A DNA stretch of 64,000 bases from Candidatus Moraniibacteriota bacterium (GTDB taxonomy: Bacteria > Patescibacteriota > Minisyncoccia > Moranbacterales > UBA1568): contig JAUSGT010000002.1 in the NCBI GenBank assembly GCA_030648835.1, positions 12,108-76,107 of the forward strand, given 5' to 3'. The notes beneath the pieces were generated by a model. It searched no databases. It had not been told where the DNA came from and saw nothing but the letters and a program-made list of their open reading frames with translations. A program made the translations under genes and the position numbers. Of this stretch, positions 17,912 through 26,358 are shown piece by piece; within the stretch, counting starts at the first letter, position 1; each line of letters opens with the position of its first letter.

Positions 17912-18490
17912 TTAGATTTTCCGGTCATTGGCATCAATCGGGCATGCTTCCCGGTTTGCTAAATCACGGGAGAGCTGCATAATCGAGTCTTTGACTCGGT
18001 AGGGATCCGGAATTTGCCGAAAGACGAAGCGTTCTTTTTCTCCGGCCGTCTGTACGAAGACGTCGCCGAAGTTGAGTATAGTCGGTATGACGCCCTCGAC
18101 TGTCGTCGTGACGTCTTGGATGCGGGAAAAATCCAGCTCGCTGATTTCCCGTACGAACAACCCCTTCTGTTCGATATTGACGATACGTTCGTTGGTGATG
18201 ACCCAGACATCGAAATAGTAGTCGACCCAGAGGAGGAAACTGAAGAGCCACATAAAGATGAGGAAGGTGTTTTCAGCGAAAGCGAAAAAGCGTTCATTGG
18301 CCGCGTTGATTATTTCCGGAAAAAGGAGCGGAAGGAAGAAGAGACTTCCCAAGAGAAAAAGGGTGAATATGAAGATGATGAGAAAGTGGACCAGTATGTT
18401 GAACCAGTGCCGATGGATGACAGAAAGAATCTCTTCTTTGTCACGCTGTCCCTGAAAATGATAACGGGTGAATTTGTTTTGGTGCGGCAT
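17912..18490 (-). CDS. Membrane protein with bacterial PH (bPH_2/YdbT-like) domain
   Basis: Two N-terminal TM helices followed by a roughly 80-aa bPH-like domain (VWVITNERIVNIEQKGLFVREISELDFSRIQDV). Confidence 0.55.
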   Translation of the reverse strand: MPHQNKFTRYHFQGQRDKEEILSVIHRHWFNILVHFLIIFIFTLFLLGSLFFLPLLFPEIINAANERFFAFAENTFLIFMWLFSFLLWVDYYFDVWVITNERIVNIEQKGLFVREISELDFSRIQDVTTTVEGVIPTILNFGDVFVQTAGEKERFVFRQIPDPYRVKDSIMQLSRDLANREACPIDANDRKI

Positions 18491-18754
18491 ACCCAGCAGT
18501 GAAACTTCGATAACTTTTCTTTGATAGTTATAGAAGATCCGAGTTAATAGTATATTTTTGGTTTACGTTTGATATGTAGAGTCTTTGGGGTCTAATCGAA
18601 GTTTTCCTGCTGGGCATACCCAGTGGAACAACTTCAAATAATTAGAAACGAATAAGCTTTCAAATCACACTGCATATTTTTGTATAATATTTTTTATGAG
18701 AGAGTATACTTTTTTACTTTTGAAGTTGTGCCACTGGGCATACCCAGCTATTTA

Positions 18755-18979
18755 TTACAGATGAGAAAGGAGCGCGTCGAAAGGGAGGGAGAAAAAAAGG
18801 ATGGCGTTGGTGAAGATAAGAATGAAAAAGACGACCAAGAAAAGCGTCGCGCCGAAAAGGGCCGTGTCGCGCTTGAGGGAATAGCGGAAGATGTGGAACA
18901 CAATGAAGAGCGCCACGATGACGTAACTGAAAAAAAGAAGGGTGTAGATGAGTCCGAAAATTGATTGTGCACTCGGCAT
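18755..18979 (-). CDS. Small hydrophobic protein (2 TM), hypothetical
   Basis: 74 aa with two clear TM segments. An antisense ORF of similar size exists, so support is weak. Confidence 0.3.
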   Translation of the reverse strand: MPSAQSIFGLIYTLLFFSYVIVALFIVFHIFRYSLKRDTALFGATLFLVVFFILIFTNAILFFSLPFDALLSHL

Positions 18980-19009
18980 TTTGTTTTATGTTTCTTTGTT
19001 ATTTTGTCC

Positions 19010-19759
19010 TTACTTGCCGAATAGTTTTGTTACCCAGCCAAAAAAGTTGAAGGACTCTTCATTGTTATTAAGTGTCTCTTGAACTTTATCTTGTTGCTGT
19101 TGTATGGTCATAATTTGTTTCTTTAGAGCTTCTTTGAGGTCGCTATCCGATGTCTCATTCAAGAGACTGTCCAGTGTTTTGAGCTTACTTGTATTATTTG
19201 TTAATGTGTTTTTTAGAGTAGTTGTATCTGCATCGTTGGTACCCATCAAAAAGTTTCTTACTTTACTGTTGTTGATGTTATCAATAAGTACTTCTTGAGC
19301 GGCAACATCGGTTGCAATCTGCTTTTTAGCAGCTTTTATGTAGCCTCTCTCTTCAGTCGTTTTTTCATTTTCAGTTTTTATTTCGACATACGCGCTGTCT
19401 TTTGGGGGATCTTTCTCGGCTGTGTTTCTGATAGCGGGAGCTGTAGTTTTCGTAGCCGGAGCAGTCTTTGGCGCAGTCTCTGTGGTTGGCTTCTCTGCAG
19501 CTATTTTACCAGCCTCTTTGGCCTTTTTACAAAGTTTTTTTACCTCATCGCTCTGTGCAACTTTTCCAGGTTCACACGCATTCAAACATTTATTGATGTC
19601 ATGCTTCGGCCAACCTGGGGTACAGTATTTTTTTAGAGCCCGGTATCTCTCGTATTGCTTCACATAAGAACCTCCTATAGGAGCGGCGACTGAGGCATAA
19701 GACAAGCTGTAGTAAGAAAAAGCCCCAAGTAAAGCAAGAGAAAATGCCATTATTTTCAT
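19010..19759 (-). CDS. Secreted low-complexity/coiled-coil protein, hypothetical
   Basis: Signal peptide MKIMAFSLALLGAFSYYSLSYASVAA. K/T/A-rich central region. A C-terminal predicted coiled coil rich in N/T/L/Q. Confidence 0.5.
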   Translation of the reverse strand: MKIMAFSLALLGAFSYYSLSYASVAAPIGGSYVKQYERYRALKKYCTPGWPKHDINKCLNACEPGKVAQSDEVKKLCKKAKEAGKIAAEKPTTETAPKTAPATKTTAPAIRNTAEKDPPKDSAYVEIKTENEKTTEERGYIKAAKKQIATDVAAQEVLIDNINNSKVRNFLMGTNDADTTTLKNTLTNNTSKLKTLDSLLNETSDSDLKEALKKQIMTIQQQQDKVQETLNNNEESFNFFGWVTKLFGK

Positions 19760-19849
19760 AGTATGTATTGTCGGTGTGTCTAGTTGTTCACTGAATACCT
19801 GTTTATTTTACCACTACAATGTCAGAATCCAAAGTACATTTTCGGTTAT

Positions 19850-20866
19850 TTACAGTAATTTATCTTGATGGTCAGCCGGCATATGGATGTCGAGATGTTT
19901 GTAGCCTTCGGGAGTGACGACGCGACCGCGCGGAGTGCGCGCAAGAAATCCCAGTTGGATGAGATACGGTTCGTAGACGTCCTCGATGGTCTGAATCTCT
20001 TCTCCGGTTACGGCGGCGATGGCCTGGATGCCGGCTGGGCCACCTTTGAATTTATGAATAACCGTGGAGAGTATATGACGGTCAGTCGGCTCGAGACCGA
20101 GATGATCGATTTCGTAGAGCTCGAGGGCTTCTTTGGCGATTTCCCCGGTAATGGTGGGCCAGTTTTTCGTTTGGGCATAGTCACGCACGCGTTTCAAGAT
20201 GCGGTTGGCGACACGCGGTGTTTGCCGGCTGGATGCCGCAATTTTTTTGGCGCCTTTTTCGTCGAGACCGATATTCAGAATACCGGAAGAACGCTTTACG
20301 ATTCGCTCGATTTCTTCCGGCGTGTAAAATTCGAGGCGGTGGGTGGATCCGAAACGGTTACGGAGAGGATTGGAGAGCGAGCCGAGACGGGTAGTGGCGC
20401 CGATCAGGGTGAAGCGGGGGAGGTCGAGTTGAATAGTGCGGGCGGCCGGACCTTTGCCGATGATGATGTCGAGCTTGTAATCTTCCATGGCTGGGTAGAG
20501 GACTTCCTCAATCATTTTATTCAGGCGGTGGATTTCGTCGATGAACAAGACGTCGCCATCATCGAGATTGGTCAAGATGGAACCGAGATCGCCGACTTTT
20601 TCGATGGCCGGACCGGAAGTGATCTTGATACTGACGCCCATTTCTTTGGCGATGATGTGGGCGAGCGTCGTTTTCCCCAGGCCTGCCGGGCCGTAGAGGA
20701 GGATGTGATCAATAGACTCCTCGCGTTTTTTTGCCGCTTGAATAAAAATATCCAGATTGCGTTTGATTTTTTCTTGACCGACATACTCCGAAAAACGCTG
20801 CGGGCGGAGCGTATTATCGAAACTTTTTTCATCAATAACAGTTGGGTCGGAGGCAATTACCATCAT
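19850..20866 (-). CDS. ruvB: Holliday junction branch migration helicase RuvB
   Basis: Walker [19 protein letters not shown], an AAA+ domain, and the RuvB C-terminal winged helix. 338 aa. Confidence 0.95.
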   Translation of the reverse strand: MMVIASDPTVIDEKSFDNTLRPQRFSEYVGQEKIKRNLDIFIQAAKKREESIDHILLYGPAGLGKTTLAHIIAKEMGVSIKITSGPAIEKVGDLGSILTNLDDGDVLFIDEIHRLNKMIEEVLYPAMEDYKLDIIIGKGPAARTIQLDLPRFTLIGATTRLGSLSNPLRNRFGSTHRLEFYTPEEIERIVKRSSGILNIGLDEKGAKKIAASSRQTPRVANRILKRVRDYAQTKNWPTITGEIAKEALELYEIDHLGLEPTDRHILSTVIHKFKGGPAGIQAIAAVTGEEIQTIEDVYEPYLIQLGFLARTPRGRVVTPEGYKHLDIHMPADHQDKLL

Positions 20867-20928
20867 AAGTATAAAGAGGCTTAATGAAGGGGAAAAGAGG
20901 GCTATTTACCCTTGTATTGTACCACGTG

Positions 20929-20957
20929 TTGACAAAAGAATAAAGCTATGCTAATAT
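20929..20957 (+). promoter_or_regulatory. Near-consensus sigma70-type promoter (TTGACA-17-TAATAT) with no downstream plus-strand gene
   Basis: TTGACA at 20929-20934, an exact 17-nt spacer, TAATAT at 20952-20957. Confidence 0.55.
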
Positions 20958-21354
20958 GCCATTTCGCTTAACAAGACATTTTGAAGCTTTTCTAAAGACT
21001 GTTTCATCTGTAGACAATTGGGGATCACTATCTTTTGTCCTCAATCGCGGAACTGTTGTCCAGATTTGGGTAGGGTGGTTTCGACTGCGCTATTCCTCGA
21101 CACTTTTCCTTTTCTCGAACTCCTATGCTCGAGAGTTGTCTACAGGTTAAACAGCCTTTGCCTTGTGAAATATCTGACAAATTAATCTTGAATGTGAACA
21201 TATCTATTACCAAACGGAGTGAGTGTAACGAAAGTTTACTTTCGTTTCCGAACGCAGTGCCGGTAAAATCGGTTCTAATACCCGTTATTATTGAAAGAAC
21301 ATCAAAGAAGATTCATATTTGGCAGATTTTTCACGAGGTTTACTTCAGCGGAAT

Positions 21355-21388
21355 AAAAAAGAGACCCTTCGTGGGTCTTTTTTGTTTG
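21355..21388. terminator. Bidirectional intrinsic terminator
   Basis: AAAAAA-GAGACCC-ttcgt-GGGTCT-TTTTTGTTT. An A-run lies upstream and a T-run downstream, so it can terminate the minus-strand pilB-fusion transcript and any plus-strand transcript from the 20929 promoter. Confidence 0.7.
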
Positions 21389-21395
21389 GGATGTT

Positions 21396-24300
21396 TTACA
21401 AATCAGTGACGCGCTTCACTTCGTCGAGCGTGGTTAACCCTTCAAGGACACAGAGGATGCCGTCTTGGAGGAGGGTGATCATTCCAAGCGCGACCGCTTT
21501 CTCCTCGATTTCACTGACGAGCGCGCCATGAGCGATGAGCTCGGAGAGTTCTTTGCCGATGAGGAGCGTTTCGGCGATGACCATCTGCCCCGTGAAACCG
21601 GTACCACTACAGGTCGTACAGCCTTTGCCATGAGAGAGTCGCATTTTTTTGGTAAGCGCATCTTTGTCTGGTAATGATGCTAAGACCTTTTTAATAATTT
21701 CCTTTTCGGCTTCAGTTGGAGGGAGAGATTCTTTGCACTTGGCACAGATTTTTCGGACCAAACGCTGAGCCATGAAAAGATTGGCGGTGTTGGCGAGGTC
21801 GTCGTTCGTCACTCCCATCGCGGTCAGGCGGGAGACGACACCCGCAGCCGAATTGGTATGGAGGGTGGAGAGGACGAGGTGCCCGGTACTGGCGGCCTGG
21901 ACGGCAATTTGCGCGGTTTTTTCGTCACGGATTTCACCGATCATCAGAATATCGGGATTCTGGCGCATAAGCGAACGGAGCGCGGTAGCGAACGTATAGC
22001 CCTCGCTCTCTTTGGTTTGGGTTTGGAGGATGCCTTGGATCTGGTATTCGATCGGATCTTCAACCGTGATTATTTTTACTTCGGGCTTATTCAGTTTGGC
22101 GAGAATACTGTAGAGGGTGGAAGTTTTTCCGGAGCCGGTCGGGCCGGTGTTCAAGATTATCCCGTGTGGTTTGCCGATAGCCGCGTAAATATTTTCCAGA
22201 TTTTGTTTGCGGATGTGGAGCGTGTCGAGGTCGAGTTTGACGACGGACTGATTGAGAAGGCGCATGACAATTGTTTCACCGAAACCGCCGAGGATGATGG
22301 AAAGACGGATATCAACGGTATCAGGCTTTTCCTCCCCGGCCTTTTCGATGGTAAGAGAAAAACGACCATCAATGGTACCGGAACGTTCACCCGATTTGAG
22401 CCCGGCCGCCAGTTTGATTTCCGCGATGAGGGTCGGGTATTCGGTAATGGGAATGCGCGCGGCCGTTTGGAGAATGCCATCGATGCGATAGCGTACGTCG
22501 ACCATGTCTCCTTGAGGTTCGATATGGATATCTCCGGCGCGCAAGAGAAGCGCCCCGGCAAAAATAGCAGGCAGGCGTAATTGGGAGTCGATCCCGGCGA
22601 TATAGCCGGCAAATTTTTTGAGTGAAGTGGTTTCTTTTTTTGTTTTTGTGAAAAGGATTTCGGTAATGTGGGTGGAGCGGGAAAGTTCGCTCGGCATCAA
22701 CTCGGCATAGATATTTTGGAGAGATTCTGTCTGATCGGCGACGCGCCAGACTTCATCGAGCGTCGTGATGCCTTCGAGCGCTTTGAGAATTCCATCTTGG
22801 GTCATCGTGATCATCCCGTTTTCCAGCGCGGCGCGGAGAATTTCTTGCTCGTTCCCCATATTGTTGACGATCTTTATGATTTCTTCCGTCATGGTGAGCA
22901 CTTCAAATATGCCGATGCGGCCATGATAACCGGTGAAATTGCATTTTGCGCACCCGACCGCCTTGAAGAGAGAATCCACTTTTTTGGGGAGCGAAATTTT
23001 GGCTTTGGGAGAAATGATGGTGATGAGTTTCAGGATAGAATCAATGGTTTCCCGAGCCGGCGCGTAGGAAGCTTTACAGTCTGGGCAGAGGATGCGCACC
23101 AAGCGCTGTCCGATGAGAGCGTTCAGCGAGGCGGTGATGAGATCCGGCTTGACGCCGAGCTCCATAAAGCGCGGGATGGCGGCAGCGGCGCTGTTGGTGT
23201 GGAGGGTGGAAAATACGAGGTGTCCGGTAAGCGCGGCATTGACGGTGATGTCGGCGGTTTCCTCGTCGCGAATTTCCCCAACAAGAATCATATCGGGATC
23301 CTGGCGGACGATAGCGCGGAGCGCGGTGGCGAAGGTATAATCCTTGTTTTTGGAGATTTCCGTCTGCACGATGCCGGGCAGGGTGTATTCGATCGGGTCT
23401 TCGACAGTGATGACTTTTGTATCCGGCTGGTTGACGTGGTTCAAGAGTGTGTAGAGTGTCGTGGTTTTTCCGGAGCCGGTTGGACCGGTATTCAAGATGA
23501 GACCGTTCGGTTTGGAAATTTGTTTCAAGACTTCTTCATAAGCCAGCCCACGCAGTCCAAGTTTTTCGACATCGACGATGACATCGTCACCGGAAAGGAG
23601 GCGCATATTGATGTTTTCGCCATATTTTCCCGGGATGCTCGAGACGCGGACATCGATGCGCTTCTGGTCGAGATCGACGAAGAAGTGCCCATCTTGAGCT
23701 TCTTTGCGGATATTGAGGCGCATCTTGGCGATCATTTTGATACGTGAGAGGAGGAGGTGGTAGAGCTCTTGGGGGAGATCGCCGACTTCTTGGAGCACAC
23801 CGTCGATGCGGTAGCGCAGGCGGATGGCAGATTCTTCCGGCTCGAGATGGATGTCGCTGGCTCGGAGTTTTCTGGCGCCGGCCAAAATGATTTCCATCGA
23901 ACGCGAGGTGTTGAGCTTCTGACCTTCCTTGAGTGAGATAAGCTCCCCAAAATCTTTTTCGAATTTTTCCAAGTCGCTATCGCCGAGAGAGACACGCACG
24001 AGATCGAGAGCATCGAGAAAGGTGCGCTTGGAGTAATATTCCCAGGCGTGTTTGATGGACTGTTTCGAAATGAGGTACAGCTCTATCTGCCAGCCGTGTT
24101 TCTCGGCGAGAGCTTGGATGTATTCCAGCGCCCCCTTGTTCTTTGGATCGAGAAGAGCGAAACGGGTGAGCGTACTTTTTTTGCTGAAGAGGATGACGTT
24201 CCATTTTTTGGATTCAGCTTCCGGGAGGAGCATGATATCCTCGGCGTTTAAAGGGAAAGCGTGAAGATCGATGTATGAGAAGCCGCTTTTGGCGGCCAAG

Positions 24301-24410
24301 AGCGAGGCCTGTTCTTCCATCGAAATCTCGCGCATTTTTTTCAAAATCGCTTGTGTTTTTTCTTCTTTTTGAGAAGAGGGAGTTGTATTTTGGTGAACCA
24401 CCTTTACCAT
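21396..24410 (-). CDS. Tandem-duplicated type II/IV secretion ATPase (GspE_N + two complete PilB/GspE N2-ATPase cores in one polypeptide)
   Basis: First core: Walker A LILNTGPTGSGKTTTL, an Asp box, His box TLHTNSAA, and a tetra-Cys CPDC...CAKC. Second core: Walker A IILNTGPTGSGKTSTL, VLSTLHTNSAAG, and CAKC...CTTC. An N-terminal T2SSE_N-like domain precedes them. The start is moved to MVKVVHQ (24410). Confidence 0.85.
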   Translation of the reverse strand: MVKVVHQNTTPSSQKEEKTQAILKKMREISMEEQASLLAAKSGFSYIDLHAFPLNAEDIMLLPEAESKKWNVILFSKKSTLTRFALLDPKNKGALEYIQALAEKHGWQIELYLISKQSIKHAWEYYSKRTFLDALDLVRVSLGDSDLEKFEKDFGELISLKEGQKLNTSRSMEIILAGARKLRASDIHLEPEESAIRLRYRIDGVLQEVGDLPQELYHLLLSRIKMIAKMRLNIRKEAQDGHFFVDLDQKRIDVRVSSIPGKYGENINMRLLSGDDVIVDVEKLGLRGLAYEEVLKQISKPNGLILNTGPTGSGKTTTLYTLLNHVNQPDTKVITVEDPIEYTLPGIVQTEISKNKDYTFATALRAIVRQDPDMILVGEIRDEETADITVNAALTGHLVFSTLHTNSAAAAIPRFMELGVKPDLITASLNALIGQRLVRILCPDCKASYAPARETIDSILKLITIISPKAKISLPKKVDSLFKAVGCAKCNFTGYHGRIGIFEVLTMTEEIIKIVNNMGNEQEILRAALENGMITMTQDGILKALEGITTLDEVWRVADQTESLQNIYAELMPSELSRSTHITEILFTKTKKETTSLKKFAGYIAGIDSQLRLPAIFAGALLLRAGDIHIEPQGDMVDVRYRIDGILQTAARIPITEYPTLIAEIKLAAGLKSGERSGTIDGRFSLTIEKAGEEKPDTVDIRLSIILGGFGETIVMRLLNQSVVKLDLDTLHIRKQNLENIYAAIGKPHGIILNTGPTGSGKTSTLYSILAKLNKPEVKIITVEDPIEYQIQGILQTQTKESEGYTFATALRSLMRQNPDILMIGEIRDEKTAQIAVQAASTGHLVLSTLHTNSAAGVVSRLTAMGVTNDDLANTANLFMAQRLVRKICAKCKESLPPTEAEKEIIKKVLASLPDKDALTKKMRLSHGKGCTTCSGTGFTGQMVIAETLLIGKELSELIAHGALVSEIEEKAVALGMITLLQDGILCVLEGLTTLDEVKRVTDL

Positions 24411-24524
24411 ACCATTTGTTTTTTTGTTTGTGCCCCCATTGTACCTCAAAATGAGGTGCTTCGGCAAAAGAAAAACCCAGCTCAAGTAACTGGGTGAACA
24501 GAAACATTGAAAAGGAGGAACTCT

Positions 24525-25680
24525 CTATGCTTTCTCCGGAGGAGCGGAGATGTTTTGAAGGCGACCGAGGATCACGCGCTCCGCTTCATCGAGACTTCCG
24601 GCAGGGAGAGCAAAAGAAATCATATCGCCATGAATGGCGCCTTCTTTGAAACGCTCGGCAAAAAAAGCCAGGGCTTCACCGGAATGGGCCTTGACGATAC
24701 CGCGGACGAGACCATTGGTTTCCGGGTGGAGAATCATGAAGAGGTGAGCCGAGGAATAGTTGCTTTTGATTTTTTCCAAGACCTGTGGCAAGTCAATAAC
24801 TGTGGCGCGCGCCTGGACGAGGTCTTCGATCGTGACGAAAGCCCAGATGAGTTTCAGATTTTCGTTCCACTTGACCCCCGCCATCACGCGACCCCAGAGC
24901 TTGAGGAGGTGCAGGGGCTGATTTTTATAGAGCGCGCGGACTATTTTCTGCTGATCAGCGCCTTTATCCATCAAATGGGAGGCCAACTGAAGGGCTTTCG
25001 GGGTGGTATTCTTTTTTTGAAAGCTTTCCGTGGCGGAAATGATACCGGCGAGCAGACACTCGCAGAGCGCTTCCGTGAAGAGGCTCGGAGTGGCCTTCTC
25101 GAGGATCTCGGCGAGAATTTCCGCGTTTGAAGAGGCGGTGATGTCGACGAGATTTACTTGGCCAAAAAGTTCGTTCTCCGGATGATTGTCGATATTGACG
25201 ATGGGTATTTCATAGAAGATGTCCGGGTTGTCTTCGTAAATTTTCCCCAACGATTCTTTGTCAGTGGCGCCGATGACGATGGCGAGATCGAATTTGAATT
25301 TTGCAGGAATGAAAGAAAAATCCCTAGGGTCAATGGATCCGTTTTCCGGCGTGAGATAGACGCGTACTTCTTCCGCGGCGGTTTCTGTCCGTACGTTGAG
25401 GATTTTGTTGCGTGTGGTATTGAAAGAAAGGACGAAATCTCGAGCCCCAGCGATGGAGGCAAGAATATTTTCCGGCTGAACAAGAAAAGCCAACGCCTCT
25501 TTATCGGTGGTAATGTGCTCGCCGGCGAGTGTCACAGATTTACCGGTGTTTTTGAGAAAAAGAGCCAAAGCGTACGCGCTTGCCACAGCGTCTCGGCTGG
25601 GATAGGAGGGGAGGAGAATCAGCGGAGTGGCGGTTTTTTTCAAGAGGTCTTGAAATTGTTGGGCGGGGGTAAGGGACATA
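24525..25680 (-). CDS. DHH/DHHA1-family phosphoesterase (NrnA-like)
   Basis: Domain order and length match NrnA-type DHH proteins, with a C-terminal DHHA1-like GG motif region. The start is taken at MSLTPAQQ. The first ORF-track codon appears to be a non-ATG start. Confidence 0.6.
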
Positions 25681-25856
25681 CGGGCGCAAAGTATAAAGTG
25701 AAAAGTTTGAAAGTTGAAGTCGGAAACAATCTGATGCGATAACAGGCGGATAGTCAAAAATAGCAGAGAAGAGCCAAAGCGTCAACCCCGGCAAAAAAAC
25801 AAGTAGTGGAGGGAGCTCTCGTCAGAAAGAATATTTTGCGATAGGATAGGAGCGCT

Positions 25857-26291
25857 ATGACGGAGACACTTATTACAACCGGGGCGGAAGAGACGCGTAG
25901 CTTTGGAAAAAAGCTGGCGCGAGAAATCATGCCGGGAGCGCTCATATGCCTCAAGGGGGATTTGGGTACGGGGAAAACAACTTTTGCGCAAGGATTTTTG
26001 GAAGGACTTGGCGCCGCTCGCCCTTATGTCAGCCCGACATTTGTCATTATGAAACAGTACGATTTGCCGCAAGCGAAAAATGGCATCAAGCGCGTCTACC
26101 ACGCGGACGCGTATCGCGTGGAAACGAAAGATTTCGTTAGCCTGGGTTTTTCCGAGTGGTGCACGGATACAGAGGGGGTCGTCATTCTCGAATGGCCCGA
26201 GCGCGTCGAAAAACTTATTCCGAAAAATGCTGTGTGGATTACTTTCACGGCGAAGAGTGAAAATGAAAGAGAATTGAAAATTGAAAACTAA
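25857..26291 (+). CDS. tsaE: tRNA threonylcarbamoyladenosine biosynthesis protein TsaE
   Basis: LKGDLGTGKTTFAQGFLEGLG P-loop. 144 aa. YjeE family. Confidence 0.8.
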   Translation: MTETLITTGAEETRSFGKKLAREIMPGALICLKGDLGTGKTTFAQGFLEGLGAARPYVSPTFVIMKQYDLPQAKNGIKRVYHADAYRVETKDFVSLGFSEWCTDTEGVVILEWPERVEKLIPKNAVWITFTAKSENERELKIEN

Positions 26292-26358
26292 TGTAACTGT
26301 TTCAATCCCACGATGGAGTGTATTTTGTTCCTTTTCTCCTGTAGCGTATACTTACTCT

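Noticed and set aside
18680-18964. 94-aa plus-strand ORF (E/K-rich) antisense to the small membrane protein
   Set aside because: Its low-complexity charged composition and lack of RBS argue against it. The minus-strand 2-TM ORF is marginally more plausible, and neither is strongly supported.
20960-21385. tmRNA or RNase P RNA as the identity of the promoter-terminator bounded interval
   Set aside because: There is no tRNA-like 3' end (GGTTCGA...CCA) and no recognisable tag-peptide reading frame. There are no P4/CR-I/CR-V motifs (GGAAAGTCCGGGC, ACAGAAxCCGGCTTA). It is kept only as a generic candidate ncRNA.
24440-24500. Third copy of the 60-nt structured element, because it shares the ACTGGGTGAA end motif
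   Set aside because: Only the 3' 10 nt match. The interior is a CCCAG/CTGGG hairpin followed by a T-run on the minus strand, better explained as the intrinsic terminator of the DHH gene.
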